Source: Eledone cirrhosa (taxonomy: Eukaryota). Taken from it: DNA of 64,000 bases. Where the stretch lies: assembly GCA_964016885.1 (NCBI GenBank), contig OZ024758.1:34410001-34474000 (forward strand), given 5' to 3'. Shown here one piece after another: positions 39,201 to 52,370 of this stretch (position 1 is the first letter of the stretch; each line of letters begins with the position of its first letter). The translations under genes and the position numbers were made by a program. A model generated the notes under the pieces. The model was not told the DNA's origin. It did no database searches and was given only the letters and a program-made list of their open reading frames with translations.

Positions 39201-42200
39201 GTAACTCCACTGTTGGTGAGAATTCATTTAAATTCATGGTATTAGCTGTCAGAAGGAACTCCAATGTTGGTGAGAATTCATTTAAGTCATGGTACTAGCT
39301 GTCAGAAGTAACTCCACTGTTAGTGAGAATTCATTTAAGTTCATGGTATTAGCTGTCAGAAGGAACGCCACTGTTGGTGAGAATTCATTTAAGTTCATGG
39401 TATTAGCTGTCAGACGGAACTCCAATGTTGGTGAGAATTCATTTAAGTCATGGTACTAGCTGTCAGAAGTAACTCCACTGTTGGTGAGAATTCATTTAAG
39501 TTCATGGTATTAGCTGTCAGAAGTAACTCCACTGTTGGTGAGAATTCATTTAAGTCATGGTACTAGCTGTCAGAAGTAACTCCACTGTTAGTGAGAATTC
39601 ATTTAAGTTCATGGTATTAGCTGTCAGAAGGAACGCTACTGTTGGTGAGAATTCATTTAAGTTCATGGTATTAGCTGTCAGAAGGAACTCCAATGTTGGT
39701 GAGAATTCATTTAAGTCATGGTACTAGCTGTCAGAAGTAACTCCACTGTTGGTGAGAATTCATTTAAGTTCATGGTATTAGCTGTCAGAAGGAACGCCAC
39801 TGTTGGTGAGAATACATTTAAGTTCATGGTATTAGCTGTCAGAAGTAACTCCACTGTTGGTGAGAATTCATTTAAGTTCATGGTATTAGCTGTCAGAAGG
39901 AACTCCACTGTTGGTGAGAATTCATTTAAGTTCATGGTATTAGCTGTCAGAAGTAACTCCACTGTTGGTGAGAATTCATTTAAGTTCAGGGTACTAGTTG
40001 TCAGAAGTAACTCCACTGTTGGTGAGAATTCATTTAAGTTCATGGTATTAGTTGTCAGAAGTAACTCCACTGTTGGTGAGAATTCATTTAAGTTCATGGT
40101 ATTAGTTGTCAGAAGTAACTCCAATGTTGGTGAGAATTCATTTAAGTTCATGGTACTAGCTGTCAGAAGTAACTCCACTGTTGGTGAGAATTCATTTAAG
40201 TTCATGGTATTAGCTGTCAGAAGTAACTCCACTGTTGGTGAGAATTCATTTAAGTCATGGTATTAGCTGTCAGAAGTAACTCTATTGTTGGTGAGAATTC
40301 ATTTAAGTTCATGGTACTAGCTGTCAGAAGTAACTCCACTGTTGGTGAGAGTTCATTCAAGTTCATGGTATTAGCTGTCAGAAGTAACTCCAATGTTGGT
40401 GAGAATTCATTTAAGTTCATAGTATTAGCTGTCAGAAGTAACTCCACTGTTGGTGAGAATTCATTTAAGTTCATGGTATTAGCTGTCAGAAGTAACTCCA
40501 CTGTTGGTGAGAATTTATTTAAGTTCATGGTACTAGCTGTCAGAAGTAACTCCACTGTTGGTGAGAATTCATTTAAGTTCATGGTATTAGTTTGTCAGAA
40601 GTAACTCCACTGTTGGTGAGAATTCATTTAAGTCATGGTATTAGTTGTCAGAAGTAACTCCAATGTTGGTGAGAATTCATTTAAGTTCATGGTACTAGCT
40701 GTCAGAAGTAACTCCACTGTTGGTGAGAATTCATTTAAGTTCATGGTATTAGCTGTCAGAAGTAACTCCACTGTTGGTGAGAATTCATTTAAGTTCATGG
40801 TACTAGCTGTCAGAAGTAACTCCACTGTTGGTGAGAATTCATTTAAGTTCATGGTATTAGTTTGTCAGAAGTAAGTCCACTGTTGGTGAGAATTCATTTA
40901 AGTCATGGTATTAGTTGTCAGAAGTAACTCCAATGTTGGTGAGAATTCATTTAAGTTCATGGTACTAGCTGTCAGAAGTAACTCCACTGTTGGTGAGAAT
41001 TCATTTAAGTTCAAGGTATTAGCTGTCAGAAGTAACTCCACTGTTGGTGAGAATTCATTTAAGTCGTGGTATTAGCTGTCAGAAGTAACTCCATTGTTGG
41101 TGAGAATTCATTTAAGTCATGGTACTAGCTGTCAGAAGTAACTCCACTGTTGGTGAGAATTCATTTAAGTTCATGGTACTAGCTGTCAGAAGTAACTCCA
41201 ATGTTGGTGAGAATTCATTTAAGTTCACGGTATTAGCTGTCAGAAGTAACTCCACTGTTGGTGAGAATTCATTTAAGTTCATGGTACTAGCTGTCAGAAG
41301 TAACTCCACTGTTGGTGAGAATTCATTTAAGTTCATGGTATTAGCTGTCAGAAGTCACTCCAATGTTGGTGAGAATTCATTTAAGTTCATGGTATTAGCT
41401 GTCAGAAGTCACTCCACTGTTGGTGAGAATTCATTTAAGTTCATGGTACTAGCTGTCAGAAGTAACCCCAATGTTGGTGAGAATTCATTTAAGTTCATGG
41501 TATTAGCTGTCAGAAGTAACTCCACTGTTGGTGAGAATTCATTTAAGTTCAGAGTACTAGTTGTCAGAAGTAACTCCACTGTTGGTGAGAATTCATTTAA
41601 GTCATGGTACTAGCTGTCAGAAGTAACTCCACTGTTGGTGAGAATTCATTTAAGTTCATGGTATTAGCTGTCAGAAGGAACGCCACTGTTGGTGAGAATT
41701 CATTTAAGTTCATGGTATTAGCTGTCAGAAGGAACGCTACTGTTGGTGAGAATTCATTTAAGTTCATGGTATTAGCTGTCAGAAGGAACTCCAATGTTGG
41801 TGAGAATTCATTTAAGTCATGGCACTAGCTGTCAGAAGTAACTCCACTGTTGGTGAGAATTCATTTAAGTTCATGGTATTAGCTGTCAGAAGGAACGCCA
41901 CTGTTGGTGAGAATACATTTAAGTTCATGGTATTAGCTGTCAGAAGTAACTCCACTGTTGGTGAGAATTCATTTAAGTTCATGGTATTAGCTGTCAGAAG
42001 GAACTCCACTGTTGGTGAGAATTCATTTAAGTTCATGGTATTAGCTGTCAGAAGTAACTCCACTGTTGGTGAGAATTCATTTAAGTTCAGGGTACTAGTT
42101 GTCAGAAGTAACTCCACTGTTGGTGAGAATTCATTTAAGTTCATGGTATTAGTTGTCAGAAGTAACTCCACTGTTGGTGAGAATTCATTTAAGTTATGGT

Positions 42201-45200
42201 ATTAGTTGTCAGAAGTAACTCCAATGTTGGTGAGAATTCATTTAAGTTCATGGTACTAGCTGTCAGAAGTAACTCCACTGTTGGTGAGAATTCATTTAAG
42301 TTCATGGTATTAGCTGTCAGAAGTAACTCCACTGTTGGTGAGAATTCATTTAAGTCATGGTATTAGCTGTCAGAAGTAACTCTATTGTTGGTGAGAATTC
42401 ATTTAAGTTCATGGTACTAGCTGTCAGAAGTAACTCCACTGTTGGTGAGAGTTCATTCAAGTTCATGGTATTAGCTGTCAGAAGTAACTCCAATGTTGGT
42501 GAGAATTCATTTAAGTTCATAGTATTAGCTGTCAGAAGTAACTCCACTGTTGGTGAGAATTCATTTAAGTTCATGGTATTAGCTGTCAGAAGTAACTCCA
42601 CTGTTGGTGAGAATTCATTTAAGTTCATGGTACTAGCTGTCAGAAGTAACTCCACTGTTGGTGAGAATTCATTTAAGTTCATGGTATTAGTTTGTCAGAA
42701 GTAACTCCACTGTTGGTGAGAATTCATTTAAGTCATGGTATTAGTTGTCAGAAGTAACTCCAATGTTGGTGAGAATTCATTTAAGTTCATGGTACTAGCT
42801 GTCAGAAGTAACTCCACTGTTGGTGAGAATTCATTTAAGTTCATGGTATTAGCTGTCAGAAGTAACTCCACTGTTGGTGAGAATTCATTTAAGTTCATGG
42901 TACTAGCTGTCAGAAGTAACTCCACTGTTGGTGAGAATTCATTTAAGTTCATGGTATTAGTTTGTCAGAAGTAACTCCATTGTTGGTGAGAATTCATTTA
43001 AGTCATGGTACTAGCTGTCAGAAGTAACTCCACTGTTGGTGAGAATTCATTTAAGTTCATGGTACTAGCTGTCAGAAGTAACTCCAATGTTGGTGAGAAT
43101 TCATTTAAGTTCACGGTATTAGCTGTCAGAAGTAACTCCACTGTTGGTGAGAATTCATTTAAGTTCATGGTACTAGCTGTCAGAAGTAACTCCACTGTTG
43201 GTGAGAATTCATTTAAGTTCATGGTATTAGCTGTCAGAAGTCACTCCAATGTTGGTGAGAATTCATTTAAGTTCATGGTATTAGCTGTCAGAAGTCACTC
43301 CACTGTTGGTGAGAATTCATTTAAGTTCATGGTACTAGCTGTCAGAAGTAACCCCAATGTTGGTGAGAATTCATTTAAGTTCATGGTATTAGCTGTCAGA
43401 AGTAACTCCACTGTTGGTGAGAATTCATTTAAGTTCAGAGTACTAGTTGTCAGAAGTAACTCCACTGTTGGTGAGAATTCATTTAAGTCATGGTACTAGC
43501 TGTCAGAAGTAACTCCACTGTTGGTGAGAATTCATTTAAGTTCATGGTATTAGCTGTCAGAAGGAACGCCACTGTTGGTGAGAATTCATTTAAGTTCATG
43601 GTATTAGCTGTCAGAAGGAACGCTACTGTTGGTGAGAATTCATTTAAGTTCATGGTATTAGCTGTCAGAAGGAACTCCAATGTTGGTGAGAATTCATTTA
43701 AGTCATGGCACTAGCTGTCAGAAGTAACTCCACTGTTGGTGAGAATTCATTTAAGTTCATGGTATTAGCTGTCAGAAGGAACGCCACTGTTGGTGAGAAT
43801 ACATTTAAGTTCATGGTATTAGCTGTCAGAAGTAACTCCACTGTTGGTGAGAATTCATTTAAGTTCATGGTATTAGCTGTCAGAAGGAACTCCACTGTTG
43901 GTGAGAATTCATTTAAGTTCATGGTATTAGCTGTCAGAAGTAACTCCACTGTTGGTGAGAATTCATTTAAGTTCAGGGTACTAGTTGTCAGAAGTAACTC
44001 CACTGTTGGTGAGAATTCATTTAAGTTCATGGTATTAGTTGTCAGAAGTAACTCCACTGTTGGTGAGAATTCATTTAAGTTATGGTATTAGTTGTCAGAA
44101 GTAACTCCAATGTTGGTGAGAATTCATTTAAGTTCATGGTACTAGCTGTCAGAAGTAACTCCACTGTTGGTGAGAATTCATTTAAGTTCATGGTATTAGC
44201 TGTCAGAAGTAACTCCACTGTTGGTGAGAATTCATTTAAGTCATGGTATTAGCTGTCAGAAGTAACTCTATTGTTGGTGAGAATTCATTTAAGTTCATGG
44301 TACTAGCTGTCAGAAGTAACTCCACTGTTGGTGAGAGTTCATTCAAGTTCATGGTATTAGCTGTCAGAAGTAACTCCAATGTTGGTGAGAATTCATTTAA
44401 GTTCATAGTATTAGCTGTCAGAAGTAACTCCACTGTTGGTGAGAATTCATTTAAGTTCATGGTATTAGCTGTCAGAAGTAACTCCACTGTTGGTGAGAAT
44501 TCATTTAAGTTCATGGTACTAGCTGTCAGAAGTAACTCCACTGTTGGTGAGAATTCATTTAAGTTCATGGTATTAGTTTGTCAGAAGTAACTCCACTGTT
44601 GGTGAGAATTCATTTAAGTCATGGTATTAGTTGTCAGAAGTAACTCCAATGTTGGTGAGAATTCATTTAAGTTCATGGTACTAGCTGTCAGAAGTAACTC
44701 CACTGTTGGTGAGAATTCATTTAAGTTCATGGTATTAGCTGTCAGAAGTAACTCCACTGTTGGTGAGAATTCATTTAAGTTCATGGTACTAGCTGTCAGA
44801 AGTAACTCCACTGTTGGTGAGAATTCATTTAAGTTCATGGTATTAGTTTGTCAGAAGTAACTCCACTGTTGGTGAGAATTCATTTAAGTCATGGTATTAG
44901 TTGTCAGAAGTAACTCCAATGTTGGTGAGAATTCATTTAAGTTCATGGTACTAGCTGTCAGAAGTAACTCCACTGTTGGTGAGAATTCATTTAAGTTCAA
45001 GGTATTAGCTGTCAGAAGTAACTCCACTGTTGGTAAGAATTCATTTAAGTCGTGGTATTAGCTGTCAGAAGTAACTCCATTGTTGGTGAGAATTCATTTA
45101 AGTCATGGTACTAGCTGTCAGAAGTAACTCCACTGTTGGTGAGAATTCATTTAAGTTCATGGTACTAGCTGTCAGAAGTAACTCCAATGTTGGTGAGAAT

Positions 45201-48200
45201 TCATTTAAGTTCACGGTATTAGCTGTCAGAAGTAACTCCACTGTTGGTGAGAATTCATTTAAGTTCATGGTACTAGCTGTCAGAAGTAACTCCACTGTTG
45301 GTGAGAATTCATTTAAGTTCATGGTATTAGCTGTCAGAAGTCACTCCAATGTTGGTGAGAATTCATTTAAGTTCATGGTATTAGCTGTCAGAAGTCACTC
45401 CACTGTTGGTGAGAATTCATTTAAGTTCATGGTACTAGCTGTCAGAAGTAACCCCAATGTTGGTGAGAATTCATTTAAGTTCATGGTATTAGCTGTCAGA
45501 AGTAACTCCACTGTTGGTGAGAATTCATTTAAGTTCAGAGTACTAGTTGTCAGAAGTAACTCCACTGTTGGTGAGAATTCATTTAAGTCATGGTACTAGC
45601 TGTCAGAAGTAACTCCACTGTTGGTGAGAATTCATTTAAGTTCATGGTATTAGCTGTCAGAAGGAACGCCACTGTTGGTGAGAATTCATTTAAGTTCATG
45701 GTATTAGCTGTCAGAAGGAACTCCAATGTTGGTGAGAATTCATTTAAGTCATGGTACTAGCTGTCAGAAGTAACTCCACTGTTAGTGAGAATTCATTTAA
45801 GTTCATGGTATTAGCTGTCAGAAGGAACTCCACTGTTGGTGAGAATTCATTTAAGTTCATGGTATTAGCTGTCAGAAGGAACTCCAATGTTGGTGAGAAT
45901 TCATTTAAGTCATGGTACTAGCTGTCAGAAGTAACTCCACTGTTGGTGAGAATTCATTTAAGTTCATGGTATTAGCTGTCAGAAGTAACTCCACTGTTGG
46001 TGAGAATTCATTTAAGTTCATGGTATTAGCTGTCAGAAGTAACACCACTGTTGGTGAGAATTCATTTAAGTTCATGGTATTAGCTGTCAGAAGGAACTCC
46101 AATGTTGGTGAGAATTCATTTAAGTCATGGTACTAGCTGTCAGAAGTAACTCCACTGTTAGTGAGAATTCATTTAAGTTCATGGTATTAGCTGTCAGAAG
46201 GAACGCCACTGTTGGTGAGAATTCATTTAAGTTCATGGTATTAGCTGTCAGAAGGAACTCCAATGTTGGTGAGAATTCATTTAAGTCATGGTACTAGCTG
46301 TCAGAAGTAACTCCACTGTTGGTGAGAATTCATTTAAGTTCATGGTATTAGCTGTCAGAAGGAACGCCACTGTTGGTGAGAATACATTTAAGTTCATGGT
46401 ATTAGCTGTCAGAAGTAACTCCACTGTTGGTGAGAATTCATTTAAGTTCATGGTATTAGCTGTCAGAAGGAACTCCACTGTTGGTGAGAATTCATTTAAG
46501 TTCATGGTATTAGCTGTCAGAAGTAACTCCACTGTTGGTGAGAATTCATTTAAGTTCAGAGTACTAGTTGTCAGAAGTAACTCCACTGTTGGTGAGAATT
46601 CATTTAAGTTCATGGTATTAGTTGTCAGAAGTAACTCCACTGTTGGTGAGAATTCATTTAAGTCATGGTATTAGTTGTCAGAAGTAACTCCAATGTTGGT
46701 GAGAATTCATTTAAGTTCATGGTACTAGCTGTCAGAAGTAACTCCACTGTTGGTGAGAATTCATTTAAGTTCATGGTATTAGCTGTCAGAAGTAACTCCA
46801 CTGTTGGTGAGAATTCATTTAAGTCATGGTATTAGCTGTCAGAAGTAACTCCATTGTTGGTGAGAATTCATTTAAGTCATGGTACTAGCTGTCAGAAGTA
46901 ACTCCACTGTTGGTGAGAATTCATTTAAGTTCATGGTATTAGCTGTCAGAAGGAACGCCACTGTTGGTGAGAATACATTTAAGTTCATGGTATTAGCTGT
47001 CAGAAGTAACTCCACTGTTGGTGAGAATTCATTTAAGTTCATGGTATTAGCTGTCAGAAGGAACTCCACTGTTGGTGAGAATTCATTTAAGTTCATGGTA
47101 TTAGCTGTCAGAAGTAACTCCACTGTTGGTGGGAATTCATTTAAGTTCATGGTACTAGCTGTCAGAAGTAACTCCACTGTTGGTGAGAATTCATTTAAGT
47201 TCATGGTATTAGTTGTCAGAAGTAACTCCATTGTTGGTGAGAATTCATTTAAGTCATGGTACTAGCTGTCAGAAGTAACTCCACTGTTGGTGAGAAGTCA
47301 TTTAAGTTCATGGTATTAGCTGTCAGAAGGAACTCCACTGTTGGTGAGAATTCATTTAAGTTCATGGTACTAGCTGTCAGAAGTAACTCCACTGTTGGTG
47401 AGAATTCATTTAAGTCATGGTATTAGCTGTCAGAAGTAACTCCATTGTTGGTGAGAATTCATTTAAGTCATGGTACTAGCTGTCAGAAGTAACTCCACTG
47501 TTGGTCAGAATTCATTTAATTCATGGTATTAGCTGTCAGAAGTAACTCCAATGTTGGTGAGAATTCATTTAAGTTCATGGTATTAGCTGTCAGAAGTAAC
47601 TCCACTGTTGGTGAGAATTCATTTAAGTTCATGGTATTAGCTGTCAGAAGTAACTCCACTGTTGGTGAGAATTCATTTAAGTTCATGGTACTAGCTGTCA
47701 GAAGTAACTCCACTGTTGGTGAGAATTCATTTAAGTTCATGGTATTAGCTGTCAGAAGTAACTCCAATGTTGGTGAGAATTCATTTAAGTTCATGGTATT
47801 AGCTGTCAGAAGTAACTCCACTGTTGGTGAGAATTCATTTAAGTTCATGGTATTAGCTGTCAGAAGTAACTCCACTGTTGGTGGGAATTCATTTAAGTTC
47901 ATGGTACTAGCTGTCAGAAGTAACTCCACTGTTGGTGAGAATTCATTTAAGTTCATGGTATTAGTTTGTCAGAAGTAACTCCACTGTTGGTGAGAATTCA
48001 TTTAAGTCATGGTATTAGTTGTCAGAAGTAACTCCAATGTTGGTGAGAATTCATTTAAGTTCATGGTACTAGCTGTCAGAAGTAACTCCACTGTTGGTGA
48101 GAATTCATTTAAGTTCAAGGTATTAGCTGTCAGAAGTAACTCCACTGTTGGTGAGAATTCATTTAAGTCGTGGTATTAGCTGTCAGAAGTAACTCCATTG

Positions 48201-49000
48201 TTGGTGAGAATTCATTTAAGTCATGGTACTAGCTGTCAGAAGTAACTCCACTGTTGGTGAGAATTCATTTAAGTTCATGGTACTAGCTGTCAGAAGTAAC
48301 TCCAATGTTGGTGAGAATTCATTTAAGTTCACGGTATTAGCTGTCAGAAGTAACTCCACTGTTGGTGAGAATTCATTTAAGTTCATGGTACTAGCTGTCA
48401 GAAGTAACTCCACTGTTGGTGAGAATTCATTTAAGTTCATGGTATTAGCTGTCAGAAGTCACTCCAATGTTGGTGAGAATTCATTTAAGTTCATGGTATT
48501 AGCTGTCAGAAGTAACTCCACTGTTGGTGAGAATTCATTTAAGTTCATGGTACTAGCTGTCAGAAGTAACCCCAATGTTGGTGAGAATTCATTTAAGTTC
48601 ATGGTATTAGCTGTCAGAAGTAACTCCACTGTTGGTGAGAATTCGTTTAAGTTCATGGTACTAGCTGTCAGAAGTAACTCCAATGTTGGTGAGAATTCAT
48701 TTAAGTTCATGGTATTAGCTGTCAGAAGTAACTCCACTGTTGGTGAGAATTCATTTAAATTCATGGTATTAGCTGTCAGAAGGAACTCCAATGTTGGTGA
48801 GAATTCATTTAAGTCATGGTACTAGCTGTCAGAAGTAACTCCACTGTTAGTGAGAATTCATTTAAGTTCATGGTATTAGCTGTCAGAAGGAACGCCACTG
48901 TTGGTGAGAATTCATTTAAGTTCATGGTATTAGCTGTCAGACGGAACTCCAATGTTGGTGAGAATTCATTTAAGTCATGGTACTAGCTGTCAGAAGTAAC
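27300..49000. repeat. ~2-kb higher-order block in four copies (~27.3-29.5, 32.8-35.0, 37.3-39.5, 47.3-49.0 kb; offsets 5490, 4522, 9527 bp)
   Basis: ORFs 27984/33474/37996/47523 and 28684/34174/38696/48223. The markers GGTCAGAATT, GGTGGGAATT, TTCGTTT, TTTAAATTC and AGACGG occur in the same order. Confidence 0.9.
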
Positions 49001-50616
49001 TCCACTGTTGGTGAGAATTCATTTAAGTTCATGGTATTAGCTGTCAGAAGTAACTCCACTGTTGGTGAGAATTCATTTAAGTTCATGGTATTAGCTGTCA
49101 GAAGGAACTCCACTGTTGGTGAGAATTCATTTAAGTTCATGGTATTAGCTGTCAGAAGTAACTCCACTGTTGGTGAGAATTCATTTAAGTTCATGGTATT
49201 AGCTGTCAGAAGTAACTCCACTGTTGGTGAGAATTCATTTAAGTTCATGGTATTAGCTGTCAGAAGGAACTCCAATGTTGGTGAGAATTCATTTAAGTCA
49301 TGGTACTAGCTGTCAGAAGTAACTCCACTGTTAGTGAGAATTCATTTAAGTTCATGGTATTAGCTGTCAGAAGGAACGCTACTGTTGGTGAGAATTCATT
49401 TAAGTTCATGGTATTAGCTGTCAGAAGGAACTCCAATGTTGGTGAGAATTCATTTAAGTCATGGTACTAGCTGTCAGAAGTAACTCCACTGTTGGTGAGA
49501 ATTCATTTAAGTTCATGGTATTAGCTGTCAGAAGGAACGCCACTGTTGGTGAGAATACATTTAAGTTCATGGTATTAGCTGTCAGAAGTAACTCCACTGT
49601 TGGTGAGAATTCATTTAAGTTCATGGTATTAGCTGTCAGAAGGAACTCCACTGTTGGTGAGAATTCATTTAAGTTCATGGTATTAGCTGTCAGAAGTAAC
49701 TCCACTGTTGGTGAGAATTCATTTAAGTTCAGGGTACTAGTTGTCAGAAGTAACTCCACTGTTGGTGAGAATTCATTTAAGTTCATGGTATTAGTTGTCA
49801 GAAGTAACTCCACTGTTGGTGAGAATTCATTTAAGTTATGGTATTAGTTGTCAGAAGTAACTCCAATGTTGGTGAGAATTCATTTAAGTTCATGGTACTA
49901 GCTGTCAGAAGTAACTCCACTGTTGGTGAGAATTCATTTAAGTTCATGGTATTAGCTGTCAGAAGTAACTCCACTGTTGGTGAGAATTCATTTAAGTCAT
50001 GGTATTAGCTGTCAGAAGTAACTCTATTGTTGGTGAGAATTCATTTAAGTTCATGGTACTAGCTGTCAGAAGTAACTCCACTGTTGGTGAGAGTTCATTC
50101 AAGTTCATGGTATTAGCTGTCAGAAGTAACTCCAATGTTGGTGAGAATTCATTTAAGTTCATAGTATTAGCTGTCAGAAGTAACTCCACTGTTGGTGAGA
50201 ATTCATTTAAGTTCATGGTATTAGCTGTCAGAAGTAACTCCACTGTTGGTGAGAATTCATTTAAGTTCATGGTACTAGCTGTCAGAAGTAACTCCACTGT
50301 TGGTGAGAATTCATTTAAGTTCATGGTATTAGTTTGTCAGAAGTAACTCCACTGTTGGTGAGAATTCATTTAAGTCATGGTATTAGTTGTCAGAAGTAAC
50401 TCCAATGTTGGTGAGAATTCATTTAAGTTCATGGTACTAGCTGTCAGAAGTAACTCCACTGTTGGTGAGAATTCATTTAAGTTCATGGTATTAGCTGTCA
50501 GAAGTAACTCCACTGTTGGTGAGAATTCATTTAAGTTCATGGTACTAGCTGTCAGAAGTAACTCCACTGTTGGTGAGAATTCATTTAAGTTCATGGTATT
50601 AGTTTGTCAGAAGTAA
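30570..50616. repeat. Large duplication ~30.6-36.6 kb -> ~44.6-50.6 kb (offset 14,049-14,052 bp)
   Basis: ORF pairs 31860/45912 and 32236/46288 (+14052), then 33474/47523, 34174/48223, 34928/48977, 35412/49461, 35950/49999 and 36328/50377 (+14049). The segment at ~46.8-47.5 kb is rearranged. Confidence 0.8.
41112..44860. repeat. Tandem duplication of an 1886-bp (35-monomer) unit
   Basis: ORF pairs 41119/43005, 41604/43490, 41819/43705, 42357/44243 and 42735/44621. The ATGGCACTAG variant was seen only at ~41823 and ~43709. Confidence 0.92.
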
Positions 50617-52370
50617 CTCCACTGTTGGTGAGAATTCATTTAAGTCATGGTATTAGTTGTCAGAAGTAACTCCAATGTTGGTGAGAATTCATTTAAGTTC
50701 ATGGTATTAGCTGTCAGAAGTAACTCCACTGTTGGTGAGAATTCATTTAAGTTCATGGTATTAGCTGTCAGAAGGAACTCCACTGTTGGTGAGAATTCAT
50801 TTAAGTTCATGGTATTAGCTGTCAGAAGTAACTCCACTGTTGGTGAGAATTCATTTAAGTTCATGGTATTAGCTGTCAGAAGTAACTCCACTGTTGGTGA
50901 GAATTCATTTAAGTTCATGGTATTAGCTGTCAGAAGGAACTCCAATGTTGGTGAGAATTCATTTAAGTCATGGTACTAGCTGTCAGAAGTAACTCCACTG
51001 TTAGTGAGAATTCATTTAAGTTCATGGTATTAGCTGTCAGAAGGAACGCTACTGTTCGTGAGAATTCATTTAAGTTCATGGTATTAGCTGTCAGAAGGAA
51101 CTCCAATGTTGGTGAGAATTCATTTAAGTCATGGTACTAGCTGTCAGAAGTAACTCCACTGTTGGTGAGAATTCATTTAAGTTCATGGTATTAGCTGTCA
51201 GAAGGAACGCCACTGTTGGTGAGAATACATTTAAGTTCATGGTATTAGCTGTCAGAAGTAACTCCACTGTTGGTGAGAATTCATTTAAGTTCATGGTATT
51301 AGCTGTCAGAAGGAACTCCACTGTTGGTGAGAATTCATTTAAGTTCATGGTATTAGCTGTCAGAAGTAACTCCACTGTTGGTGAGAATTCATTTAAGTTC
51401 AGGGTACTAGTTGTCAGAAGTAACTCCACTGTTGGTGAGAATTCATTTAAGTTCATGGTATTAGTTGTCAGAAGTAACTCCACTGTTGGTGAGAATTCAT
51501 TTAAGTTATGGTATTAGTTGTCAGAAGTAACTCCAATGTTGGTGAGAATTCATTTAAGTTCATGGTACTAGCTGTCAGAAGTAACTCCACTGTTGGTGAG
51601 AATTCATTTAAGTTCATGGTATTAGCTGTCAGAAGTAACTCCACTGTTGGTGAGAATTCATTTAAGTCATGGTATTAGCTGTCAGAAGTAACTCTATTGT
51701 TGGTGAGAATTCATTTAAGTTCATGGTACTAGCTGTCAGAAGTAACTCCACTGTTGGTGAGAGTTCATTCAAGTTCATGGTATTAGCTGTCAGAAGTAAC
51801 TCCAATGTTGGTGAGAATTCATTTAAGTTCATAGTATTAGCTGTCAGAAGTAACTCCACTGTTGGTGAGAATTCATTTAAGTTCATGGTATTAGCTGTCA
51901 GAAGTAACTCCACTGTTGGTGAGAATTCATTTAAGTTCATGGTACTAGCTGTCAGAAGTAACTCCACTGTTGGTGAGAATTCATTTAAGTTCATGGTATT
52001 AGTTTGTCAGAAGTAACTCCACTGTTGGTGAGAATTCATTTAAGTCATGGTATTAGTTGTCAGAAGTAACTCCAATGTTGGTGAGAATTCATTTAAGTTC
52101 ATGGTACTAGCTGTCAGAAGTAACTCCACTGTTGGTGAGAATTCATTTAAGTTCATGGTATTAGCTGTCAGAAGTAACTCCACTGTTGGTGAGAATTCAT
52201 TTAAGTTCATGGTACTAGCTGTCAGAAGTAACTCCACTGTTGGTGAGAATTCATTTAAGTTCATGGTATTAGTTTGTCAGAAGTAACTCCACTGTTGGTG
52301 AGAATTCATTTAAGTCATGGTATTAGTTGTCAGAAGTAACTCCAATGTTGGTGAGAATTCATTTAAGTTC
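49030..52370. repeat. Tandem duplication of a 1670-bp (31-monomer) unit
   Basis: ORF pairs 48977/50647, 49461/51131, 49999/51669 and 50377/52047. Confidence 0.88.
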
